Origin: Octopus vulgaris
Lineage: Eukaryota
NCBI GenBank assembly: GCA_951406725.2
Contig: OX597815.1
Span: forward strand, 96,658,001 to 96,722,000
Direction: 5' to 3'
DNA length: 64,000 bases
Of the stretch, positions 44,176 to 55,950 are shown in pieces (the first letter of the stretch is position 1; each line of letters begins with the position of its first letter). Under the pieces are notes generated by a model, which worked only from the letters and a program-made list of their open reading frames with translations, did not search any database and was not told where the DNA came from. The translations under genes were made by a program, and so were the position numbers.

Positions 44176-45172
44176 TTTTGTTCCGACAACTGATACGGTA
44201 GCATAGTTTACTACGCTAGTTCGGCTCTGACCGAGTGCACTGTTAATGATGATAATTTTTATCAGCTGAGAGCACTGTAACCAGTGATGTAGCATAAGAA
44301 AATGTCATTTTTCCCTAACGAGAAATCAAACAGAAAAACTAATGATTCACAGTTTAGTTCAGTAGATACTAAACTAGGCTCATTCGTCCTTGAGATACAA
44401 TAAAACATAGAAAGATGGAAGAGCGGGCTAATTATTTTTATGAAAAGATAGATAAATACAACGGTGATAAATATTTTCTAACTCAAGGTTGGTTCTGAAT
44501 TCTAAATATCTAACGCAAATTATATTAATTTGTTTGGTAATAATGCAGTTCTATATTTGTTTCCTCTATTTATACGTAGGATAGTTGCTCCCGAAATTAT
44601 AGACCTATTTTGATAACCAACAAATATTCAGTATAGTTTTCAAAAACAGAAAGAGAGAGACAGAAATCAAGTGTTGTCGAATCTAGTGCACATCCTAAAC
44701 ACGGGAAGCAATAGACTATTAGTGTCAAAAGAATAACTGTTACCCAAAACTACTCATAATTTATAAAATGCTTACAATGTATTATTGAGCAAGATTTTCA
44801 GGCGATAATCATATATATTATAGGGAGATATTTGAAAGCCGATGCTATTTATGATATTTATTGCAAATAAAGTCTAGCAAGACGCACGTATATAAGTACA
44901 CAAAGCAGTACATTTAAGACCGAACTTTTATTAATATTTATGTCGATGCAGTTATCTAAATTCTGATATATAGAAATACACGAAAGAATATATGGTCATT
45001 CAACCATATAAACAACTTAAGAGAGAGATGGTTATTTAAATATTTTAAGGAAACTATTATAGTTTTGCGCAGATCTAGCTAAGTGTAAAGGGGACTAAGA
45101 AACATTTATTTATTTATATGTTCCGTATATTAATATATATATATATATACATGTGTGTGTGTGTATGTGTAT

Positions 45173-45227
<55 letters not shown>

Positions 45228-46505
45228 TGTGTGTGTGAGGGAGAGAGAGAGTGTGTTTGAGTGTATGTATATGCGTATGCGAAATGGTGTTGTGAAAAAC
45301 GGATGGCAAGCATGATCTTGAAAGTTTACGGAACGAATAAACCAACGTATCACAGTACTTTACTCAGTAATCTAGCGTGCAAATGTCTCCACAGTTGATC
45401 CCCTTCAGTTTCCCATTTGAGGACAAATGATTTCCCCCCTCAGGTTCCCATATATTTTCTGCCTGTAGAGTTTCACCCCACAAAATTTTATCAATATGTG
45501 TTTATGCAAGAAATCATTTGTCAAAGATGTCCTCTAATACGTACATAAAAATCGAACACCATACTTGCTAGGTGATAAAGACACACTTCGTATATTACAT
45601 ACCATGCTTTTATAATATGTCGTATCTATAACCTTGGCATTTAGTCTTAAATTAGCGATATTTCCACGTCTGATTCTTTTGAAGTATTGTTTTATTTTCT
45701 TTACACTAATCTTTAACATCCATTTAACTTTTAACCTATGTTATGTACCACATAAAATAACTAATCAATTAACACACGTCTAATGGAATTATATACATAT
45801 AGCTAATACATACAATCACGAACATTGGTAATATGTAGAACATTATCAAAACCTGTTTTGCTTTTTGTCGTTAGGTAAGTGTTTATGCATGTATGTAATA
45901 TATGGTGACTGAAATTAGAGAACACCTATGGATGAGGATGTTAATGGACATCACTATCTGAAATCATGTTGAAGTTTAATCAAAAACCGTCAGTTTCGGA
46001 TATACACTAGCATGTTAAAACTAGCAATGTTTCTGTGGATATTAAACATTGGCTTTCGATTAATGTAATTAAATTCTCCCGGATAGATTCTATAGGAATT
46101 GTCCTTCGCTCCCTAATACTTGTCTCACACTGATTTCGTAAGTTCTTGTACAACCTAACTGTTACTCAGCCAATAAGGGTGATGTAGATTTCTTTCATCC
46201 CAAGTATGTCTCCCTTCTTTTAATCAAAGGGGTGAACATGTAATATATGAAAATCATAAACCCCCTACGGGCATTCGCATATGGCTTAGAAGCTGGCATG
46301 TGAGTTATTTTTATAATTATTTTCCGTGCTCATGGACGGCATCACAACAGTAAAGCCTTCTCCAATCTCTCGTCCCTTATCTATCTAGGATGTAAAAAAC
46401 TTCATTGAGAAAAAAATTAAGTAATACTGAGCTGTTATACAATTTTTCAGCTTTAAAAGAATAGAAGGCAACAGTGACTTGGGGTGATTTGAACTTAGCT
46501 TGCAT

Positions 46506-46544
<39 letters not shown>

Positions 46545-46751
46545 GTGAAATAGAAAGATGAATAATCTTGTAGTAGATTAATCAAAAGTTTAACCGATAC
46601 CTTGGTAGCAAAAATCACAGCAGTAAAACAGCACGGTTGGAGGTACAACCATATGGTGTTGCAACCGTGCGTTGGTGCGGATAATTGAAATTAAAATATT
46701 ATTGGTGAATTGAAGAAATGGAGCTGAACGCAGATTGAACAGAAATCGTTT

Positions 46752-46844
46752 TATTTCATTCTACACGTGTTTCGAAAGGCACAATTTACCAAAATCCGAT
46801 TGAATAATGGGACAATATTGTGTCTTTCTCTTCAGGAAGAAATA
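46752..46844 (-). ncRNA. Type I hammerhead ribozyme, identical copy in the inverted left arm
   Basis: Reverse complement of 48504-48596: TCTTCAG at 46829-35 and TACACGTGTTTC at 46762-73 on the + strand. Confidence 0.85.
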
Positions 46845-47459
46845 GGAAATCCGTTGGAAAAAACAAAAACAGAACAGAGGCGGAGCAAAACAAATCGAAC
46901 TAGGCTCCTAAGAGCCCATGGCGAAACTGTTTATCAGTGTATGTTGAGAACCGGTGGCTGAAGAATTTAACGGGTCAGGCATCGGTCAATCATGTGGGTG
47001 GGGGTGTGTAGATGTTCTTTGTGACCGAGAATAAAGTTCTGACTATTTAAGGAATATTGGATGTTTTATAAGGGGCGAGAAAAAATCTACTTAGAGACGT
47101 GTGTGTGTATACTGTTCTATATATGTGTGCTGGCGTAGGGGTAGAAAACATTTTTTGTGTACGTGTGTTCGTTTGATCGTTCGGCTGTCAGTGGCTACTG
47201 CAGTGAGAACCGTTGGGTGGCAGAAAAAAAAAAAAATATATATATATATATATATTATGTTTTATGTGTGTGTGTGTTCATCTAAGCCTGCCTTGTCAAG
47301 GAAACCCCCCGTTGTGAAAAAACCAAGCCCCGTTTATCTTACAGGAGTAATTCCCCTTGCAGTGGTTAATCGTAGATATCTTAAAGGCTATTTCAGAATG
47401 TGTTACCAAGGGCTATGGGTGCCGGTATTATTTATAAACGCTATTTAAAAGCCAGATAA

Positions 47460-47915
47460 TATAACGAATATAGTGACAGGAACGCAGTTCTAATTTCAGA
47501 AACTAATCCTAGCAGAATAAGATTCACGTCGGCGAACTCCAAGATCAAAAACGCCGTCTACCAATGCAAGGTTTACACGGACTCAGATGTCTTCACTTAT
47601 GTAGGGGCCTCATCCTCAAGATTGTCTTTGCGAGTCTCCAACCATTACGCAACTTTTCGCGACATGAACAAGCGCCAGACCACGGGACTCAGTAAGCTAA
47701 TATGGCGACTGAAGGATACGAACTTAAGCTACAGGCTGGAATGGTCAATTTTGTCGGTGGCCCTCCCATTTGATAGGGGCAGAAGGCAGTGCAACCTTTG
47801 TGTCTCCGAACTCTTCCATATTTTGTTTGCCAGAGGCCGGATGGTAAACGGGCTTTTACAGTCGGCTTTTCGATGCCCCCATTGGCGGCGTTACACTTAT
47901 CTGGCTTTTAAATAG
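47460..47915 (+). pseudogene. GIY-YIG endonuclease domain of a PLE ORF (5'-truncated but stop-free, 151 codons)
   Basis: The frame after TAA 47457-59 reads ...KIKNAVYQCKVYTDSDVFTYVGASSSRLSLRVSNHYATF...TGLSKLIWRLK...LEWSIL...CNLCVSELFHIL...RCPHWRRYTYLAFK*. AVY...YVG is the GIY-YIG motif, followed by conserved R/H/E/N positions. There is no ATG upstream of the motif. Confidence 0.88.
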
Positions 47916-48503
47916 CGTTTATAAATAATACCGGCACTCATAGCCCTTGGTAACAAATTCTGAAATAGCCTTTAAGATATCTACGATTAACCACTGCAAG
48001 GGGAATTACTCCTGTAAGATAAACGGGGCTTGGTTTTTTCACAACGGGGGGTTTCCTTGACAAGGCAGGCTTAGATGAACACACACACACATAAAACATA
48101 ATATATATTATTATTTTTTTTTTTCTGCCACCCAACGGTTCTCACTGCAGCAGCCACTGACAGCCGAACGATCAAACGCACACACGTACACAAAAAATGT
48201 TTTCTACCCCTACGCCAGCACACATATATAGAACAGTATACACACACACGTCTCTAAGTAGATTTTTTCTCGCCCCTTATAAAACATCCAATATTCCTTA
48301 AATAGTCAGAACTTTATTCTCGGTCACAAAGAACATCTACACACCCCCACCCACATGATTGACCGATGCCTGACCCGTTAAATTCTTCAGCCACCGGTTC
48401 TCAACATACACTGATAAACAGTTTCGCCATGGGCTCTTAGGAGCCTAGTTCGATTTGTTTTGCTCCGCCTCTGTTCTGTTTTTGTTTTTTCCAACGGATT
48501 TCC

Positions 48504-48596
48504 TATTTCTTCCTGAAGAGAAAGACACAATATTGTCCCATTATTCAATCGGATTTTGGTAAATTGTGCCTTTCGAAACACGTGTAGAATGAAATA
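48504..48596 (+). ncRNA. Type I hammerhead ribozyme (minimal palindromic stem III) in the PLE 3' pLTR
   Basis: Stem I is TATTTC-TTC / GAA-T-GAAATA. Core CTGAAGA at 48513-19. Stem II is GAAAGACACAAT 48520-31 / ATTGTGCCTTTC 48563-74. GAAA at 48575-78. Stem III is the palindrome ACACGTGT 48578-85. Cleavage triplet GUA, with the cut predicted after 48586. Confidence 0.85.
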
Positions 48597-48649
48597 AAAC
48601 GATTTCTGTTCAATCTGCGTTCAGCTCCATTTCTTCAATTCACCAATAA

Positions 48650-48694
<45 letters not shown>

Positions 48695-50043
48695 GTATGA
48701 ATTTTCGCAGCGTATTCTTATCTACGTTTTATATATATATATATATATATATAATGTGTGTGTATGTATGTATTTAAGAATGTATATATGGATATTATAT
48801 AAATATAAATATATATATATACATATATCCATATATATATATCCACATATATGTATATATATTTTTGTCTATTTTTTCTTTTTTTCTCTAGTTTCAGCTC
48901 AGAGCTGCGGCCATGCTGATACATATACAATCATACATACATACATACATACATACATACATACATACATACACACGGAGACACACAGATACACGCACGT
49001 TCCTGAATATATTAAGAATCGGGACTCAAAAATTCTCATAAAGAAAAAGAAAATAACAGGAAGCAAAGATTGTGTACGATAACTACAGGAAGACAAACGA
49101 AATATACATGTATTTATCATACACACATACACGTATGTGTATGTACACAAAGTGTATATATGTGTGTATGTGTCTGTGTGTGCGCAAGTCTGTGCGTGTG
49201 TAAATGTGTGTGCCTGTGTTAGACATACATATACACAGACACACATATCTGTACATACACTTCCACACAGATAAACATGTATATTCTGATACATGCACAC
49301 ATTATGTTTCCATGATATATATGTCGGATATTTTAAGATTGACCTACCAAATAGAAGTCAAATACATATCTGCTCCATCGTGACACATGTCTTTGCAAAA
49401 CACATTAAATTCGAAACTAAAAAAGTCTCAAATTCATTCTATCAAGCGATCTATTGATCGCTCTATCTACATGAAATTATTGGTTTGGTAAAGTGTTCTG
49501 TTTCTTTGTTACAGTGTACTGGCTATATCTAGAATTATTTTAGCCAAAACTCTTTGTTACGTTAAATGTAAACAGTAGGCCTGCATACTCTATACTTTCG
49601 CAAACAGAGGTAGAGTGTTTAGTCGGGCAATCCTCTTGGGACTTCTGTCCACGAAATTATTGTTTATACAGATGTATAGTTAATATTCGTTGTATTAAAC
49701 AGTGTTGGCTCAAAGATCTATAGTTGAATACTATGATAAAGCAAAGAAACAGAACAGCGATAACAACACTAATTCTATATTCGTTGCAGTTGCCAAGAAT
49801 TTGGAAAATGTATTCAAGAGATATCAGTGGTTGTGGCTTTACGCAAAGTTTACTCGTCGACAATTAAAAATAGAATTCACTGTCCGGGATAATACCCCAT
49901 GTCTGGCCATTCCCTATTTTTTACCTGCAATGGCAATGTGCATGCAAATTACTTTATTACATTCATTGTACCATCAAGTATTAGCTCAAACATATATGCT
50001 CTATAGTTCCTTATATCTCACCCCACTCTGCCGCTCTCGCTCA

Positions 50044-50099
<56 letters not shown>

Positions 50100-50212
50100 C
50101 TACTTATCATCTATCTTGCTAGCTAGCTATTTATCAACAAAACATATCTATCTCTGTTTTTCTGTCTGCCAGTTTATTTATCAATGCCTAACTGCTTATG
50201 TATGTATGTATG

Positions 50213-50246
<34 letters not shown>

Positions 50247-51074
50247 TGTATGTATACATGTATGTATGTATGTATGTATAGATTGATGGATGGATGGATG
50301 GATGTGGGGATGTATGCATGCATGTTTGCATGCATGCATCTACCTATTTATCAATCTATTTTTCTGTTTATCTATCATTCTTCATTTTATATATGTCTAT
50401 CTATCCACCCCTTGCTTCTGTGACTGTCAATATCAATAGCTACCTGTCCATAAATAATAATTAATAAAATACTAGAGAAAAATCAACTTAATCAGGAAAA
50501 ATCATCCTTCAACGTGTATTTCCTCGATATTCAATGAGCTATTACTTATTCAAAAATTTATTTGCATTTGATCATTATACAAGATCTATTTTCAAGTATC
50601 ATATTGCATCGAATTAAACAAAAGCAAAAACAGATATATTCTCTTCTCCCTTGTACAGAAAGAACGATTTCAAGATGATAAAAGTCACCAGAGTCTCTTT
50701 GAAGTATCGTATATGACTGTTGTCTATTTTCCAGCAGACTCGTTAATTCTTATAAGTGATTCTCTCAACTTTTCTGTATACACTCTATTTCGATCTTTGA
50801 ACATAGTACTTTCAAATGTTTCAATGCTTCGAAAGAAGTCAAAGAACACACACACACACACACATACGTAATACATATATGATTAGAGACATATGCACAT
50901 ATATACATATACAAACATACACACATATATACACAAACACACGCATACATATTTGCGAGTGTACGCACGGGTGATATGAATTTGGCTTACATAACTAAAT
51001 GCCGTTGAAACTTAAAAACTCACGTATAAGTTATTTGAACAGCTATTTGAACAATTTCTGAATATTGTGGTTTA

Positions 51075-51484
51075 TTCTTTTGTATGTTTCACTCATTGAA
51101 CTGTAACTATGCTGAGGCACAGCTCCTAAAACTTTAATGAAACAAAGGGACACAGTATTTATTCTTTTTAAATTTGGTACTTATGCTATCGATCTATGAT
51201 GCCGAACCGCTAGGTTATACAGGCGTAAACAAAGCCGAACCAGTTTTGATGAGGTGGGATACAGACAAAAGCAAAATACAGACACATACACCTGTGCGTC
51301 CTTTCAAAGACACACATACACAAACTCACGCACACACATATATATATATAGGATGGGTTCCTTCAGTTTTTGTCTTCTAAGTACACTCATAGAACTTTCA
51401 TCGGCTCGCCGCTATAGTAGAAGACACTTTCTCATTATAACTAGAGTTGGGACTAAAACTTACCACACTTCCACCCTTGCGCCT
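51075..51484 (-). mobile_element. SINE family A, old decayed copy
   Basis: GCCGAACCGCTA.GTTA, CTATAGTAGAAGACACTT and CTTACCACAC are reverse complements of family A blocks. Confidence 0.72.
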
Positions 51485-52184
51485 GTAGAGAAAAATACAC
51501 AAGTGCAGTATCAAAACGCACATTATATTCCTGTTTAATAAACTTTATTCTCGGATCATTGTTAAATTGTTTGTGACATAAGGTGTGACCCAAATCAAAG
51601 AGAATTGAATAATTTCAAAGAAACTTTATTAACCATAATTTCCATATCTGCACAGAAATCTTAAGAAAGGTGCATACAGGAGCCAAGTAGGCTCTACATA
51701 GAGCGATATAACACGAGAAAATTAATGTAGAAATCTTAAGTTTCGTATAATAATGTTTCCATAATTAGATGAGAATGATTAGAATATTTTATACATTATT
51801 TGAAATTGAAGGCGTATTTGATCTAGAATTAATATTGCATCTAATATTCCTATCTTCATTATTAACAATTGCATAATGTGGTGTTATTTCAATCATACCG
51901 AAATAATAGTCATAGGAAATATTTAATCATTATTGGTGATAAAGATTAGAAATATATATAATGGAAGCTGGTTAGAAGATGGAAGGCAGATAATATATTT
52001 TTAGTGAGTTAGTAACGATCGGGTTATTAACTGCTAGTTATTTTAGTTTCATTGTGAAAACCTGCAAGAAATGAGAAAATAACACTGGAAAACGGTGACA
52101 TCCATGTCGATTACGTTAAGCGACGCACACATACGCACACATATATACATATGAAAATTCTTGTATGTATGTATGGATAAATAG

Positions 52185-52221
<37 letters not shown>

Positions 52222-52236
52222 AAGAGCGAGAGAAAG

Positions 52237-52322
<86 letters not shown>

Positions 52323-54487
52323 GAGAGAGAGGGAAATAGAGAGAAATATATTATATACACAGAGAGAGAGAGATGATAAACACAAAGAAGTTATGATATT
52401 GATATCACAGGTTAGTTTTGAAGTGACTGACTGGGAACGAAAATACAACTCTTTTCATTTAGAGATAGCGCCTTAGCATCGAATAGATATAGCAGTGCTA
52501 TTTATCAGGCTGTTATAGAAGTAGAGAAGCAGTTAAAAAACGTTAAGCTTCGAGTGAATATTGGCCTGAGTACAAAATACCGAATATTGTACATAAGAAG
52601 AGGAGACAAAACAAATGAATTATACATATTCATATTTCGACAGCTGTTTCGAGGTAATCATCATCATCATCATCATTGTTCGACCGTGGTCGAGACAATG
52701 GAATTTACCATGCTACGCCAGACTTCACGGTCCATCATGGCATTATATATATGCACAAACACACACACACACTCATATACCTACGTAGAGATACACGTAT
52801 CACGAAACACATAAGTTCCACAAATGTTCCTTCCTTGTGTACTATATTTCGATTTGGTAGTATAGACATCCAAATATGACCTGTTATGAGCAGCTGTAAA
52901 ATGTATATCATTGCTGTAAACTCATCAGCGTCACATTATTAGCAATATATATTATGCTAAGTGAAATTCGCTCCCAATAGAAAATCAATAATGTTTTCGA
53001 AATCTATGGGGCACATGATGGATATTTTCCGTAAATAGAACTATTTTTGCAATATTAAGCAAGTTTTGAGTGGTGCCTACAAACACATCATGTCAAGGCA
53101 ATATTGTTTCGCAGACCAAGTGTATGAGTGTGAAACAGTTTCTAAAATAAATCAGTTTCCCCTATAATATAATTATTTACATTTTTCACTCTATTTCAAG
53201 GGATAATTATATTTGATCGTCGAATTCCTGTCTTAATGTTTAGATTGGATTAATCCAATTTGAGATGCTTTTTTATATGTATTTTTGATGCGATTGATAT
53301 GGCATTTTTATTTGTATCCAATCACCAAGTGTTGTTTTCTGTGTGTTGTTAATGATGTTTTAAACAATTTTGATTTCTTTAAATGCAAATATTTGCCAAC
53401 GACTCATGTGCGTAATGCAAACCCATTATCGAGCAAAACATATTCACATTCGGATTATTGCCATCGGAACATTGATCATAGGTTCTGGGGTATAGTATGG
53501 GTATGATAAATGACACTAAGAGTAAATCAATATTTACATTTCTAGCTATTTGTAATTTTTCACAAATAAAACCATAGAAAGATACACAGGTTGCACTTCG
53601 TAGGATACATGTTAAAGTGTAAATAGAAGCGAAGCTTTAGAAGATAAAAATAAAACATGAACCCATTTCTAGAATGAACAAATCTTATGAAATTTGTCAC
53701 TGGTTGTTCTGCAAATATGTTGATATTAAATTTCCAATGTTTATATTGAGGACTACACTGACGTCCGTCTACATCTAGAAGTCAAAACACAATACAATAT
53801 TGCAATAATTACTAATTAAATTAAACGCAATTACTTCCTTCAATTTTGCTTTATTAAATGGTATATTAAACGTCAAAGAAGTGGGCTAGCAATCGTATAT
53901 TTTCTTATTTCATGGGAAATATATTTCTTATTAATGAGTAACATTTCATGTGACAAAATATATAACATTTGGAAGGTCGCCTTCAAACCTCAACATAATG
54001 AAAATCAATGGGAATAACGTTCATTAGTGCTTCGAGTTATATGATTTAAAATCCATTAAATATGATTAATATGTTATGAATATCAATGAATGTAAATGGA
54101 GTAAGAGTGGTGGCTCAAAAATGTTAGAATTTGACAAACGTTAATAAAAAATGATGCAGGTGAATATCAAACATTTTCCCATCTTATATCTATGTTTACT
54201 GATGTATTTTCTGGATACAATGATATAAAAATATTAGGTGGCAACCATATACGTATTACAGTTTGAACGGTTGTCGCGTAAATGGAGTTTAAATCATTGT
54301 GTTTATGTCAATAAAAGAACGTCTCCTACAGAAGGCAGTCTAGGAGAGCCACAAGGATAAATAAATATATATAAACATAGCAAAATGAATAGAGAAATTG
54401 ATAGATATTTAGATAGACAGATAGATAGATAAATCGATAGATAATATATACATAGCTAGCTAGCGAGATAGATAGATATATAGTTAT

Positions 54488-54581
<94 letters not shown>

Positions 54582-55309
54582 GGATAGATAGATAGAATAA
54601 GATTCACCATGTATATATTGATAGCAATAATTTACATTTACCCAGTAGATTAGAATTAGCGTCAAATGTATTCTGTAGCCAAAAGTAAATTTAATTAAAA
54701 TTGATTTAAATTGAAGAGTGCTTTTGTTCATCAAATAGAAGATATAATTTCAAGTAAAATACACAAATAATAAATGAACGGTGAGAAATTATCTTTCATA
54801 CCGCCATATCTCATTTTCAGTTCAATAGAAAATAATATTCATGGAGACAAAGAGAAATAGTTTTAACAGTTTTTTTCGTCTTTTGTATTACTAACAGAAA
54901 GATAAATGTGAATTACAGATGAATAGAGGTCTTATTTAGTGCAAACGATGATTTATATGTCGTCATCATCATCAGGTGCTATCATAAACTCATCTAAATC
55001 TTAGTGTCAGTAATTGTATGTAAACTTGTTTGTTATTACTCTCAATATATTTGTTAAGATACATATATGGATATAACTTATACTTAGATAAAACGATGGA
55101 CATTCTTGTTAAAATTCCACAAAATTGTTTGAATTTATGTGCAAAGTGCCATATTGTAACTGTGCAATTGTTATTTTATTAGAAGATCCATCAAAATTCT
55201 ATTTATAATTGTATGATCTACATCCTTAGACAACTAGGGTCTTTATCCATGGTTGGATAAACATACACACACACACACACACTCACACGTGTCTGTGTCT
55301 GTGTGTGTG

Positions 55310-55950
55310 GTCATCGTCGTCATCGCTGTCCGTTTTAGGTCAACGTTGACTATGAAGTTCAGAAATTCAGGTATTCACAAATCATCTCCGGCAGTTTTCC
55401 TGTTCTCGGTCCACAACTGAAATTACATTGCTTGACACTATAGAGCAATGTGCTCTCTCGTATTCTCACGGACTAGGAACTACGAGATTCAGCGATCGGT
55501 GCTATTCATTGCTCCGCAAGGCATCCCCCCCACCGTGTCTGTCGAGATGCCGGAACTCTTCGTATCTCTCTTCATCACTAGTATTGCAATGTCCGCCTAC
55601 TATAGCTCCTCTTGACGCAGTTTAGCGTTCAAAAACCGCTTTTGGCAGACGTGTCTCGACCAGCTTAGCAGCAATGTTGTAACAGTGTCTCCATTCTAAC
55701 TGTGTAAGTGAGGTGCGAAACTTCTGTATTAAAAATGCAATCCCGCCATCTAGTATGCAAGATGGAGATCAGAGAATGAGGTTGGATTCGCGCTCGGCCC
55801 TTGATGTACCTGCAGTAGCGGACAAAGCATTCAATGGCGCAGAGGAGACAAGGCAGCACTGCAGTACTGTACACATTCGTGCTGCTGGCAAAGTCGTGCC
55901 AGCTTCATAGAAGCCTCTGAGAGAACTGAAATCATTTTGGCAGATTATTC
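55310..55950 (-). mobile_element. Decayed RTE-like LINE 3' fragment
   Basis: GC-richer island ending in a (GAT/GAC)-like tail on the minus strand. ETRLPKAVF resembles RTE RxPKxxLY. Confidence 0.5.

Larger units (their letters stand above)
46542..48654 (+). mobile_element. Penelope-like retroelement (PLE), 5'-truncated, with inverted pseudo-LTR arms, inserted in (TA)n
   Basis: Arms 46694-47459 and 47897-48654 are reverse complements (about 4 substitutions plus one A/TA-run indel by eye). The 437 bp spacer encodes a GIY-YIG endonuclease, and each arm has a hammerhead motif. (TA)n lies on both flanks (46514-46541, 48655-48692). Confidence 0.9.

Noticed and set aside
46907-46975. Second hammerhead on the antisense strand of the pLTR (CTAAGA-GCC CAT GGC-GAAACTG TTTAT CAGT; CTGAAGA at 46958)
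   Set aside because: The core lacks G5, the cleavage position would be G, and I found no stem I. The type II arrangement also lacks stem II pairing. Worth rechecking on the family consensus.
46767-47448. Mirrored ORFs (MFRKAQF..., ...KPPVVKKPSPV...) in both arms
   Set aside because: These are antisense readings of the pLTR, duplicated by the inversion, with no protein motifs.
46694-48654. DNA transposon or MITE with long TIRs
   Set aside because: The spacer encodes GIY-YIG rather than a DDE transposase, the ORF runs into the right arm, and the arms carry hammerheads. This fits a PLE inversion.
49702-50286. 194 aa ORF
   Set aside because: GTG start, a 3' part made of microsatellite, and no recognisable motif.
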